Shown piece by piece: positions 7,353 through 17,272 of a stretch of 64,000 bases of DNA. The DNA comes from Candidatus Obscuribacteraceae bacterium (GTDB taxonomy: Bacteria; Cyanobacteriota; Vampirovibrionia; Obscuribacterales; Obscuribacteraceae): contig JBGAHS010000005.1 in NCBI GenBank assembly GCA_044226015.1, forward strand, positions 256,001-320,000, written 5' to 3'. A model generated the notes under the pieces. That model saw only the letters and a program-made list of their open reading frames with translations. It made no database searches and was not told the origin of the DNA. The position numbers were made by a program, and so were the translations under genes. How positions within the stretch are numbered: the stretch's first letter is position 1; each line of letters begins with the position of its first letter.

Positions 7353-10130
7353 TTATTGAGCCTGTTTGTATGTATCGGCAATTTGTTTTTCATTGTCGAA
7401 CATGTTGCGGCTCAGTGATAGACCGGTTCCAACACCAGCCTTTGTGGTCCAGTTACTGAATGTAGTTTTCGCAAGAGGATGCGCATCAGTGAACTGATTG
7501 AAGTTTCTGCCAATGAAGTTAGCCGGCTGCACAACAACTGAAGAGAGCTTGAATGGACCCTTCGGCAACTGCGGAGGAGCAGGCACAAAATTGTCATGCG
7601 CATACTGCGAGGTCAGGCTTCTGGAGATGCCATTGATTCTTTCGAGAAGAACATCTGGTGCGATGTGACCGGAGGCACCAGCTTCCGGATTTTGGTTCAA
7701 GGCTTTCATCCAGGCTGAAAGACCAGCGGAGTAGACATCTTCGATAGCGTGTTTGCTCTTCGCAAAGTCGGCAATCGTTGACTCGCCTTTGCGTGCTGCT
7801 GTGGCAAATTTATCGGCAAGTCCGTCAATTCTTGGGAATGTCGTGTTCATGTCTGGGTAGACATCACGCAGCCTTGCATTGTTGAGTGCGGGCAGCGGAG
7901 TTTCGAGCTGAGCTTTGACGATTCCTGGAATGATTGCATCCCATTCTTTTATTGGAATAGAAATTGCCTGACCTTTGTTGTCCATCGATGCCCAAACATA
8001 GTTGTCACCCGGACGACGCAGGTTTTCAGCCAGAGCATCTAGCTGATTTGCATATTCAACTACTTTCGCATTGTTGTTTGAGAGTTGGCGCAGAACTTCT
8101 GCACCCAGTTTGACTCTCCATGAATCGATGCCGTGTACTTCGATGCCCAATGGGTTGTTGACTGGGTCGACGAATTCAGAGCCGTACATACTTCTTGTTT
8201 CTAGTTTTCCAGGTGCACCGGCTGGTGCTCCTTCTGGTGGCTTGCGCAATGAACCCAGCAGGGTTGCTAGAGACAATGGTGTGTGTGGGTCGATGGCTGT
8301 GCCGAATATATCAGCAGTGTTTTCGTTGGCTTCAGCCAGCAGCAACTTGGTGAAGAAGTCGCTCTTCTTCATGCTGCCAACTCCGGGAATTTCAACGTTG
8401 GTGTCGGCAATTCCTTTGGACTTCATCGCGCTTGCGACTACGTCTTGCTTGAGTACGTTGTCTCTCAGGTTGTCTGGGAATCTGAGCAGATCACCGTAAA
8501 TCAGGTCATGTCCAAGTTCGTGTGAGTAGACTCCGGAGACGTGAACGCCGAGCATGCTCTGATATTCACGAGGCAGCACGATAACTGCTGTGTCTGTGAC
8601 GCCTTTGATTGCTGGAATTGTGTATGGACCGGCTCCGTTGGAGTCGAAGATCAAGAAGATCGGTGAGTTTGTGCCACGAAGTACGTTTTCTGGATTGATA
8701 CCATTCTTGGTGAGCAAGTCCATCAGATTCTTATGTACTGAACGTGAATACTGATTGAGCTCAACAATTTCTGGCATAACTTCTGGAATGCCCATCTGAA
8801 CGTTAGCCACGCGATGGTGCTCAAGCAAAAATCCTGCTTGTTTGACGTGTTCAGGCGTTTCAATTTGCGAAGCCAACTCAATGAGTGACTTGTTGTTGCC
8901 CCAGTGTCCTTCGTCCAGCGGTGGCTTGCCCGTTCTCATTGTTTGAGTCAGTGGTGACTGAACGCTTTCTTTGAAGTTGGCGATCTGTTTTGCAGTGTCG
9001 CTGGTTCTTTCAGAGATATCGCGCATGGTGACCGACATCTGTCCGACAGTCTGTGCATTCTTATCTAGTGGGCGAGCCGGAGGTGCTGAATCTGAGCCCG
9101 TCTTGTCACCTGGCTTCGCTCCTTCAGCTGCTCTGCCCGGGTCTTCGAAATGCTTGCGCACTCCTGCCTCGGCTTTGGCTGCTTCGCCTAATTTGCCTGG
9201 CGCAGCTTCTGCTGTTGCTGCTGCTGGTTTGCTGTCGCCGAGCAAAGCGTCAAGGGTCGATTGAAGTTCTTGTTTGTGCCACTTCTTGTGTTGAAGGTAA
9301 GCTTCAAATGCCTTTTCCGCGTCGGGTGAAAAATTCTTTGGTGCAGCGTGCTCATGATCCATGTTTTCACGAATCAATTTCAGTTTGTCATCAAGCGTTA
9401 ATCTCGCATCTGCCGGATTGCCATTCTTGATGCTCTGGAGTTTCTCTTCCATGGTCGGCATAGTGCTTTCGCCTGGCTTGCCTTTGAAGAGTCTATTTAG
9501 TGGGCTATTAGGACCATTGTAGAAGTCTTCTTTCCAGCCTTCGAATGCCCTTCCGGTAGCCGTTTTGTTCAGGGCAAGCCCTGTGAGTTTGTCAGCAGCC
9601 ATACCGACTGGCAGACCTGCGGCCATGTCTACGGCGAACAAACCTAAGCCGTTACTCATGTTGGTAGCAGCATTATGAATATTCTTCAGACTCTTGTCGT
9701 CGGAAACCTGACTGTATGCATTGAGAACTGGTGTTGCTGCGTCTTTCACCATTAAATAGGTGAAGAGAGTGCCGACTACTGCCTTAGCTGCTCCTGCTTG
9801 TGGAAGCAGAAATCTAACGCCAGCACCCATTGCTGCGGCGGTTCCCATCTTGATTCCAAATTCGCCAGGGTTGTCCCAGTTGTGCTTGACGCCATTTAAG
9901 ACGCCTTGTGGCAACAAACTCAGACCTTCTGCCGTGACCAGCGCATATCGACCAGCTTTGTATTCTGCAATTGATTGCAATGTGCGGTCAGAATTTGACA
10001 TGGTGTTATTGGTGGTGGCACCAATTAACTCGCTTCTTGTCAAACTCATGCGCAATGCTTCACTTGCGTCCTTGGTCTCATCTTTGTTTGGCAGTTTGTC
10101 TGCCGAGTTCATTATTGATTGTTCACCCAT
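7353..10130 (-). CDS. Large hypothetical protein: N-terminal Gly/Ala-rich hydrophobic domain plus C-terminal putative gluzincin metallopeptidase
   Basis: 925-aa ORF with RBS AAGGGA; HELGH followed downstream by NENTADIFG (ExxxD); no Sec signal peptide. Confidence 0.75.
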   Translation of the reverse strand: MGEQSIMNSADKLPNKDETKDASEALRMSLTRSELIGATTNNTMSNSDRTLQSIAEYKAGRYALVTAEGLSLLPQGVLNGVKHNWDNPGEFGIKMGTAAAMGAGVRFLLPQAGAAKAVVGTLFTYLMVKDAATPVLNAYSQVSDDKSLKNIHNAATNMSNGLGLFAVDMAAGLPVGMAADKLTGLALNKTATGRAFEGWKEDFYNGPNSPLNRLFKGKPGESTMPTMEEKLQSIKNGNPADARLTLDDKLKLIRENMDHEHAAPKNFSPDAEKAFEAYLQHKKWHKQELQSTLDALLGDSKPAAATAEAAPGKLGEAAKAEAGVRKHFEDPGRAAEGAKPGDKTGSDSAPPARPLDKNAQTVGQMSVTMRDISERTSDTAKQIANFKESVQSPLTQTMRTGKPPLDEGHWGNNKSLIELASQIETPEHVKQAGFLLEHHRVANVQMGIPEVMPEIVELNQYSRSVHKNLMDLLTKNGINPENVLRGTNSPIFLIFDSNGAGPYTIPAIKGVTDTAVIVLPREYQSMLGVHVSGVYSHELGHDLIYGDLLRFPDNLRDNVLKQDVVASAMKSKGIADTNVEIPGVGSMKKSDFFTKLLLAEANENTADIFGTAIDPHTPLSLATLLGSLRKPPEGAPAGAPGKLETRSMYGSEFVDPVNNPLGIEVHGIDSWRVKLGAEVLRQLSNNNAKVVEYANQLDALAENLRRPGDNYVWASMDNKGQAISIPIKEWDAIIPGIVKAQLETPLPALNNARLRDVYPDMNTTFPRIDGLADKFATAARKGESTIADFAKSKHAIEDVYSAGLSAWMKALNQNPEAGASGHIAPDVLLERINGISRSLTSQYAHDNFVPAPPQLPKGPFKLSSVVVQPANFIGRNFNQFTDAHPLAKTTFSNWTTKAGVGTGLSLSRNMFDNEKQIADTYKQAQ

Positions 10131-10607
10131 GACTCGTTCAATCCCTTATTGAGTCCACCTTGAATACTTAGACGTTAGTTGAAGCCAGCACCAATGTCGA
10201 TACCTGTACGCCGCAGGCGCGTACGTGTAACTCCCACTGAGATAATTCGTTGTGTTTAAGTACAGCAAAGAGAAAATATGCGAAAATCCGCATGGAGAGC
10301 GGAATGCGCTGTGCCTTAAAACTGGAAAACATTCAAGTTGAACTTACTCTCATACTTGTATTTGTTTCGTCCAGTACGCGGGAAATGACAGTTCATGCGG
10401 GTCTTCTGTGGATGAGCTTGCACTCATCTGAAAGCGAATTCAGAATCTCTAAAGCAGATCTGAATGCAGTCAAGAAACTACTTTTGATGAAGATGCGCTT
10501 CACAGCTCAGTTTCGCAAGGTGGAAATTTCAGATGAATGCATGCTCATATGATCAGCCATTAAGGTGAGCGCATCACTAAGAGTAGAGCGAAAAGAAAAA
10601 TTGTTGG

Positions 10608-11402
10608 GTGGAAAGAATGACTACAGAGCAAATGACAAAGACAGAAACTAATTTGGATGCCGCAAGAATGTTGAAAGATCAAGTTGCAATCGTTACCGGC
10701 TCAGGACGCGGCATCGGTCGCGCCATTGCTGAAAAACTGATGGGCTTCGGAGCAAAGATAGTTATCTCCGATATCAATGAAGAGCTTTGCAATCAAACCG
10801 CAAGTGAATTGAAAGATAAGGGCGATGTGCTGGCAGTTGCTTGCAACGTCACCGTATCCGAAACCGTAGATAAGATGGTTGAAGCCGTTATGGCGAAATG
10901 GGGACGCATCGATATTCTCGTGAACAATGCTGGCATCACGCGTGATGCTCTGTTCATGCGTATGTCAGAAGACCAGTGGCAAGCTGTTATCGACACAAAT
11001 CTAACTTCAGCGTTCAAGGTCAGCAAACCAGTTCTGAAAGTAATGTCAAAACAAAGATATGGACGCATCGTCAATATCGCCAGCACCTCAGGAGTTCATG
11101 GCAATTTTGGTCAGGTCAATTATGCTGCAGCTAAAGCTGGCTTAATCGGTTTCACTAAAACAGTGGCAATTGAGTATGCTTCGCGCAACATCACATCTAA
11201 TGCTGTGGCTCCTGGCTTCATAGACACAGCGATGACTCAGGCTCTTGGCGAAGATGTCGTCAAGAAGATCCTCGACAAGGTTCCGTCCGGACGAATGGGG
11301 ACTCCAGACGATATTGCAAATGCAGTTCTGTTCTTTGCAAGCCCACTCTCCTCATATGTAACTGGCCAGACCCTTGAAGTAAGTGGTGGTCTTTATACAT
11401 AA
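10608..11402 (+). CDS. fabG: 3-oxoacyl-ACP reductase
   Basis: TGSGRGIG, NNAGITRD, YAAAK, VAPGFIDT; upstream of acpP-fabF. Confidence 0.95.
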   Translation: MERMTTEQMTKTETNLDAARMLKDQVAIVTGSGRGIGRAIAEKLMGFGAKIVISDINEELCNQTASELKDKGDVLAVACNVTVSETVDKMVEAVMAKWGRIDILVNNAGITRDALFMRMSEDQWQAVIDTNLTSAFKVSKPVLKVMSKQRYGRIVNIASTSGVHGNFGQVNYAAAKAGLIGFTKTVAIEYASRNITSNAVAPGFIDTAMTQALGEDVVKKILDKVPSGRMGTPDDIANAVLFFASPLSSYVTGQTLEVSGGLYT

Positions 11403-11405
11403 GAG

Positions 11406-11504
11406 GATTGCCTGAAGCAGAAGCTTATGTGATTGCTTGATCTTGGCGCTTATGTGATTGCCTGAGGCGGGCGCTCGTCTGTTTGCCTGAAACAGGCGCT
11501 AATC
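11406..11504. repeat. Four tandem degenerate 25-bp repeats (G(A/T)TTGC(C/T)TGA...GCT) after fabG
   Basis: Copies start at 11406, 11431, 11456, 11481 (exact 25-bp period). Confidence 0.75.
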
Positions 11505-11514
11505 GATTATCTTG

Positions 11515-11544
11515 AAAAGCTCAGCTGAGAGGCTGAGCTTTTTC
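11515..11544 (+). terminator. Intrinsic terminator after fabG
   Basis: AAAAGCTCAGC-tgagag-GCTGAGCTTTT. Confidence 0.8.
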
Positions 11545-11896
11545 TTCATGAAGTTGCGTCGGGAATATGGACTTTTTCTCATATCTCTCTTGTTTCCTCA
11601 GAGAGCATATTCAGGAGAATGCTATTGGCTATAAGGCGCAGATGGCAAGCGCATCTGGAAGCTCTGTTTCCGCGTCAAAAAGCCACTTGTAATCTGCAGA
11701 ATTCCCCTAAGCATTTTCGCGGCAATATGTCTGCTTCTTGATATGGAAAAATTGCTGAAAAGAACATTCTGCAATAAACGATTTACCTAATGCTTGTGCT
11801 GCTTTTATCGTGTTATTCTAATGCGTCTGGACAGAGAATATCTGGCTTGAAACCGTCACGCACGCTTGTATTTCCGAAATGGGGGAATTAGGACAC

Positions 11897-12136
11897 ATGG
11901 ATGAAAAGGAAGCCTTCGAAAGAGTAAAGAAGGTTGCCGTTGCACAGCTCAGCGTTAACCCTGACGAAGTAACACAGGAAGCTAGCTTTACCAAAGACCT
12001 CGGCGCGGATTCACTTGACACGGTTGAGCTTGTAATGGCGCTCGAAGAAGAATTCGGTATGGAAATTCCTGACGAAGATGCCGAAAAGATCACTACCGTT
12101 GGTGAAGCTGTTAAATACATTTCTGCTCATCTTTAA
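11897..12136 (+). CDS. acpP: Acyl carrier protein
   Basis: [20 protein letters not shown] phosphopantetheine motif; ATG 11897 after AGGA. Confidence 0.97.
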   Translation: MDEKEAFERVKKVAVAQLSVNPDEVTQEASFTKDLGADSLDTVELVMALEEEFGMEIPDEDAEKITTVGEAVKYISAHL

Positions 12137-12323
12137 GCAGAAATTTGTCAGTCATAAACTCAGCTCAGCCCTGTGCTGAGCTGCAGCTTTGCTGAGTACA
12201 ATGTTGAGTCTTAGCGTCACACGCGCTAAAGCTTTGCTTGTACTATTGTTTGTGACGTCTGCAATGGAACTTTGATTTGCCTGGCTCACGTCAGGCAGGT
12301 CGCAGGGTGCAAGGGTAGGGGCA

Positions 12324-13574
12324 ATGAGCCAAGAAAGAGTAGTCGTAACTGGAATAGGAGTTGTCACCTCTCTCGGGTTAGACAAGGACACCTTCTGGAA
12401 AAACCTTCTAGCAGGCAAATCCGGTATCAGTTCACTGAGCCTCATACAACAGAGCTTGCAATCGACCTGCAAAATTGCGGGCGAAATAAAAGATTGGGAT
12501 CCTCTCAAATACATGGAAGCCAAACAAGCGAAAAGAATGGATCGCTTCATTCAGTTCGCTGTAGCAGCCAGCCATATTGCTGTGAAGGATGCTGATCTCA
12601 AAATGGAGAACGAAGACCCGACTCGCGTCGGTGTAGTCGTTGGCTCCGCCGCTGGTGGCTTCGACACCATCGAAAAGAATTACAAGATTCTCATGGAGAA
12701 AGGACCTGATCGTTGTTCTCCATTTACCGTGCCTATGTTGATCGTCAATATGGCAGCCGGTTGGGTCTCGATGATTCACAATGCGAAAGGTCCGAATACT
12801 TGCGCAGTAACAGCTTGCGCCACGTCTGCTCATTCGATTGGAGATGCGGCTCGCATTATTCAGCGTGGTGATGCTGATGTTATGTTCGCTGGTGGAGCTG
12901 AAGCTCCCGTGACCGCACTCTGCATGGCAGGGTTCGCCGCGGCAAGGACACTCTCGTTGAGAAATGACGCACCAGAAAGAGCCAGTCGTCCATTCGATAA
13001 AGATCGCGATGGATTCGTTATGGCTGAAGGCGCCGCCATTCTTATTTTAGAATCTCTGACTCACGCTAAAAAACGCGGAGCCAAGATTTACGCAGAATTC
13101 GCCGGTTATGGAATGACTGGCGATGCTCATGATATTGTCGCCCCTTGTGCTGATGGTGATGGCGCCATGCGAGCAATAAATGCAGCACTAAAAGATGCTA
13201 ATCTGCGCCATGAACAAGTCGACTACGTGAATGCTCATGGAACCTCGACCCCGCTAGGTGATAAGGCTGAAACACTGGCTATTAAGCGGGCTTTCGGTGA
13301 TCACGCCAAGAAATTAGCGGTGAGTTCCACCAAGTCGATGACAGGGCATTTGCTCGGCGCGACAGGCGCATTAGAAGCTGCAGTATCCGTAATGTCGATC
13401 ACAGATTCGGCAATACCACCTACAATAAACCTCGACAACCAAGATCCTGAATGTGACCTCGATTATGTGGCTAATAAAGCACGTCTCAACCAGAATGTGC
13501 GAGTGACAATGTCGAATAGCTTCGGATTCGGCGGGCATAATGCTTGCCTCGTTTTCAAGAAATACGAAGACTAG
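12324..13574 (+). CDS. fabF: Beta-ketoacyl-ACP synthase II
   Basis: RVVVTGIG, TACAT, NAHGTST, KSMTGHLLGA, SNSFGFGGHN. Confidence 0.97.
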   Translation: MSQERVVVTGIGVVTSLGLDKDTFWKNLLAGKSGISSLSLIQQSLQSTCKIAGEIKDWDPLKYMEAKQAKRMDRFIQFAVAASHIAVKDADLKMENEDPTRVGVVVGSAAGGFDTIEKNYKILMEKGPDRCSPFTVPMLIVNMAAGWVSMIHNAKGPNTCAVTACATSAHSIGDAARIIQRGDADVMFAGGAEAPVTALCMAGFAAARTLSLRNDAPERASRPFDKDRDGFVMAEGAAILILESLTHAKKRGAKIYAEFAGYGMTGDAHDIVAPCADGDGAMRAINAALKDANLRHEQVDYVNAHGTSTPLGDKAETLAIKRAFGDHAKKLAVSSTKSMTGHLLGATGALEAAVSVMSITDSAIPPTINLDNQDPECDLDYVANKARLNQNVRVTMSNSFGFGGHNACLVFKKYED

Positions 13575-13734
13575 TAGCCAAAGACTTGAAAACGAACAGT
13601 TAGCTGAGCAATCATTTTGACATTCTGATCGATTTGATTGGCAAATCTAATTGCTTGGAACAAAAGCCAGCTTTTGATCAACTAGATCACTAGCTCAGCG
13701 GTTTACGTACGGATGAGATACGGATTATTTTGCA

Positions 13735-15222
13735 ATGGAATTGATTGGCAAAGGCATTTCTGAGTTAAGAGAGCTTCTCGACACGAAGAAAGTGAGTGCT
13801 CGCGAGCTGGCTACCCAGCATATTGAGCAGGCAGAACGAACCGAAGCACAGCTCGGGGCGTTTCTTCTGATAACAAAAGAATTGGCAATGCAGCAGGCTG
13901 ATGCGGCCGACAAGCTACTTGGGCAAGGCGGTGCTAATTCACGTCTTTGCGGAATTCCAATCGCCCTTAAAGACAATATGTGTGTTGCGGGGTATGCCAC
14001 TACTTGTGGTTCCAAAATTTTGCATAATTTTGTGCCACCATATCAATCAACTGTTGCTGAACGACTCAGCGCAGCAGGCGCCGTCATAATTGGCAAAACC
14101 AATATGGATGAGTTTGCCATGGGGTCATCGACTGAGAACTCATCAGTAAAAGTTTGCAAGAACCCATGGAATGAAAAATGCGTTCCTGGTGGTAGCTCGG
14201 GTGGGTCTGCAGCTGCGGTTGCTGCTGGAAGCACCGTTGTCGCTTTGGGCTCTGACACTGGCGGTTCGATCAGGCAGCCAGCTTCGTTATGTGGCGTAGT
14301 CGGCATGAAACCCACCTATGGCACGGTATCAAGATTTGGACTCGTTGCTTACGCTTCGAGCCTCGATCAAATTGGACCTTTTGGACGTCGCGTGGAAGAT
14401 GTGGCAGACACATTGCAGCTGATCTCTGGTCATGATGCCAAAGATTCGACTTCTTACAATGAGACACTGCCCGATTATTCGAGCGAAATGAAGAAGCCGA
14501 TTAAAGGAATGAAAATCGGACTGATTAAAGAATTGCTCGGCGATGGCATAGATGATGACGTTAAAGCTGCGGTGCGCTCGGCAGCTGAAAAATTGCAGAG
14601 TCTGGGCGCCGAACTCATTGAAGTTTCAATGCCTCAGTTGAAACATGCGCTGCCAGTTTATTATTTGATTGCGACAGCTGAAGCGTCTTCCAATCTTGCT
14701 AGATTTGACGGAGTTCGATATGGACATAGAAGCAAGAGCGCGACTGACTTGCTCAATATGTACTTGAGCACGCGCCAGGAAGGTTTTGGAGCAGAAGTAA
14801 AACGAAGAATCATGCTTGGAACTTATGCATTGAGTTCTGGCTATTACGATGCGTATTACAAGAAAGCTCAGCAAGTGAGAAGGCTTATCAAAGAAGAGTT
14901 TGATAAGCAGTTTTCCCAGCTCGATTTGTTGGTATCACCGACGGCACCATCAGTTGCGTTCGAAATTGGTGCAAAAATAGATGATCCGCTCACAATGTAC
15001 CTGCAAGACATTGCCACTATTCCTGCCAATCTGGCTGGTATTCCGGGCATTTCTGTTCCTTGCGGAATGAGCAGCAGCAATCTGCCCATCGGTCTTCAAA
15101 TTTTGGGACCTGCTTTGTCTGATGCAAAAGTACTGCAAGCTGCCTACGCTTTTGAACAGGCAACTGACTTTCACTCAAAGCGCCCCGAGAGTTTCTTTTC
15201 TAAATCTGTATCGCACGCATAA
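13735..15222 (+). CDS. gatA: Asp/Glu-tRNA amidotransferase subunit A
   Basis: Amidase signature PGGSSGGSAAAV, GSDTGGSIRQPA; RRIMLGTYALSSGYYDAYY. Confidence 0.97.
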   Translation: MELIGKGISELRELLDTKKVSARELATQHIEQAERTEAQLGAFLLITKELAMQQADAADKLLGQGGANSRLCGIPIALKDNMCVAGYATTCGSKILHNFVPPYQSTVAERLSAAGAVIIGKTNMDEFAMGSSTENSSVKVCKNPWNEKCVPGGSSGGSAAAVAAGSTVVALGSDTGGSIRQPASLCGVVGMKPTYGTVSRFGLVAYASSLDQIGPFGRRVEDVADTLQLISGHDAKDSTSYNETLPDYSSEMKKPIKGMKIGLIKELLGDGIDDDVKAAVRSAAEKLQSLGAELIEVSMPQLKHALPVYYLIATAEASSNLARFDGVRYGHRSKSATDLLNMYLSTRQEGFGAEVKRRIMLGTYALSSGYYDAYYKKAQQVRRLIKEEFDKQFSQLDLLVSPTAPSVAFEIGAKIDDPLTMYLQDIATIPANLAGIPGISVPCGMSSSNLPIGLQILGPALSDAKVLQAAYAFEQATDFHSKRPESFFSKSVSHA

Positions 15223-15249
15223 TGCAATGAGTCCACTGAGGTAAATCAA

Positions 15250-15690
15250 ATGACCATGAACGAGTTGAATCCACAAACAAACAGCAATTTGCTGAAATTG
15301 GCTTCGCTGGCTGTGCTTGCCATCAGCCTGGCTCTTCCCATCAGCGCTTTGGCACAAGGCGGAAGTAATGATTTCTTCGGCAGCTCAGTTCCATCGAGTG
15401 GCGGTAGCGGTGGCAGTGGCGTCGAGCGCCCACCTGGTGTTGCTGCTGCAGAACAGCAGGCACTAAAAGCTCAGGGCAATGAATTCACTTCTGATGAAAA
15501 AAGAATGCAGAAAAAATTCAAAGCGAACTTGCGTGCAGCTGAAGACCTGATTTCGAAAGCTGAGAAGATGGTCAAAGAAGGCGAGAAGAAAAAAGACGAC
15601 AAAATGGTCAAGAAAGGCAAGATTCTCAAAGAAGTTGCAGAAAAAAGACGGAATGAACTGAAGGAAAACAATCCGCTTCCGGAAAAATAA
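15250..15690 (+). CDS. Exported hypothetical protein with Lys-rich helical C-terminus
   Basis: Signal peptide ending ALA; RBS GAGGT. Confidence 0.75.
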   Translation: MTMNELNPQTNSNLLKLASLAVLAISLALPISALAQGGSNDFFGSSVPSSGGSGGSGVERPPGVAAAEQQALKAQGNEFTSDEKRMQKKFKANLRAAEDLISKAEKMVKEGEKKKDDKMVKKGKILKEVAEKRRNELKENNPLPEK

Positions 15691-15866
15691 AGTTTCCTGA
15701 CCTTTTGAAAAACTATAAGCTTGCGCTAGGGGGAAACCTGTAATTCACTGGGGGCACGCCTGCAGCGATACTCAAGCTCATGATTTAGAATTGAAAGTTA
15801 TTCATGCTAGATCAATGCATGTGTTGCGGCTCTATACTAATGTCCACTTGCAAGGTGATCCTGCAT

Positions 15867-16244
15867 ATGAACAAACTTCTAGTACTAGTTGTAGATGACG
15901 ATCCAGTGCAGCGATTCGTTGCTCAAAAACAACTGCAACGTTTTGGTCTTGATTCAATGGTTGCGACTAACGGCCAACAAGCTGTTGCCGTTGCAGAACT
16001 TCATACATTCGACTTGATTTTAATGGATGTTCAAATGCCCGTTATGGACGGGCTTGAAGCCACTATTGCTATCAGAGCTTCTGTGACTAAAAAAAATACG
16101 CATACGCCAATTATTGCTGTGACCGCAAATCCTGACCGTGAGCAATGTGTGCTTGCTGGTATGAGTGATTACCTGTTCAAACCTGTTGTGCTGGAAGAGT
16201 TACAGACAATCTTGAATAAGTGGATTCTAGACAAAGCTGGCTAA
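15867..16244 (+). CDS. Single-domain response regulator (receiver)
   Basis: VVDDD, LMDVQMPVMDG, TAN, KP; start set at ATG 15867. Confidence 0.9.
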   Translation: MNKLLVLVVDDDPVQRFVAQKQLQRFGLDSMVATNGQQAVAVAELHTFDLILMDVQMPVMDGLEATIAIRASVTKKNTHTPIIAVTANPDREQCVLAGMSDYLFKPVVLEELQTILNKWILDKAG

Positions 16245-16393
16245 AAGGTAACTCTTAATCTCACGTTTGTACTCGTTTTGATCAGGACGAGACAATTTCT
16301 GTTATATCGCTATAGAATATACATGTTCCATTGGGGCAGCCTCACAGTTTGGAATGGGGCAGGTGGAAGCGTACTTTTGCGTGGAGATGGGTA

Positions 16394-17263
16394 ATGAAGC
16401 AATCTGTAAATAAGCTTGCGGATGTTCTGAGTGAATCAAAGTCCGAGTTGACTGAGAAGTGGACAAAGTTTCAAATTCAAGATGAAAGCCGTCGCTCAGA
16501 TTTGCTTTCTGATGCTGCTGTGAAATCACAGAGTGCTGAGTTTTTAGAGCTATTTCTAAAAGCTCTGAGGAAATGCGAAACCCTCAGCAGCACTTCTGAA
16601 GAGTGGTCTAGTGTGCTTGCTTTCCTGGCAGACCTGTCGGCTTCTCGAGCCAGGCAAGGGTTTACGCCGACTGAAACAGCTAAGTTCATCTTCTCGATGA
16701 AGCAGCCATTGTTCGAAATTTTGAATTCTAAATACGGAAAGTCTGAGTCCGCTCAATTGGCAGAGGATGTCTGGAGTATTTCAACTCTGCTTGATCAATT
16801 GGGCTTGTACACAACTGAAGTTTTCCAGAAAAGTCGCGAAGCCATTATTAAGCGTCAGCAAAAAGATATTCTGGAGATGTCGACTCCAGTAATCAAGCTT
16901 TGGGAAGGCGTTCTTGTTGTTCCTTTGATTGGTACTCTTGATAGTGCAAGAACTCAAACAATCATGGAAACGCTATTGGAAGAGATTGTAAAAACCGGCT
17001 CGAAAATCGCCTTGCTCGACATCACCGGAGTTCCTACTGTCGATACACAAACTGCTCAGCATCTTATCAAGACAGTCACTGCAGCGCGCCTAATGGGTGC
17101 TGATTGCATGATTTGTGGTATTCGCCCACAGATTGCTCAAACGATTGTGCATCTCGGAATTGATATTGTTGATGTGACAACGAAAGCCACCATGGCTGAT
17201 GCGATCAGGGAATCTCTCGGACGCGTGGGTTGGAGCATTAACAGGCTCGTTCCTAATCAATGA
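16394..17263 (+). CDS. rsbR: Stressosome RsbR protein (RsbRD-like N-domain plus STAS)
   Basis: EMSTPVIKLWEGVLVVPLIGTLDSART, DITGVPTVDT, GIRPQIAQT; ATG 16394 after GGAG. Confidence 0.92.
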   Translation: MKQSVNKLADVLSESKSELTEKWTKFQIQDESRRSDLLSDAAVKSQSAEFLELFLKALRKCETLSSTSEEWSSVLAFLADLSASRARQGFTPTETAKFIFSMKQPLFEILNSKYGKSESAQLAEDVWSISTLLDQLGLYTTEVFQKSREAIIKRQQKDILEMSTPVIKLWEGVLVVPLIGTLDSARTQTIMETLLEEIVKTGSKIALLDITGVPTVDTQTAQHLIKTVTAARLMGADCMICGIRPQIAQTIVHLGIDIVDVTTKATMADAIRESLGRVGWSINRLVPNQ

Positions 17264-17272
17264 AGGTAAATA

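Noticed and set aside
10250..10552. 100-aa ORF upstream of fabG
   Set aside because: TTG start without a clear RBS, no motif, and it overlaps a strongly self-complementary element
11406..11504. Mini-CRISPR
   Set aside because: Contiguous 25-bp tandem units without unique spacers
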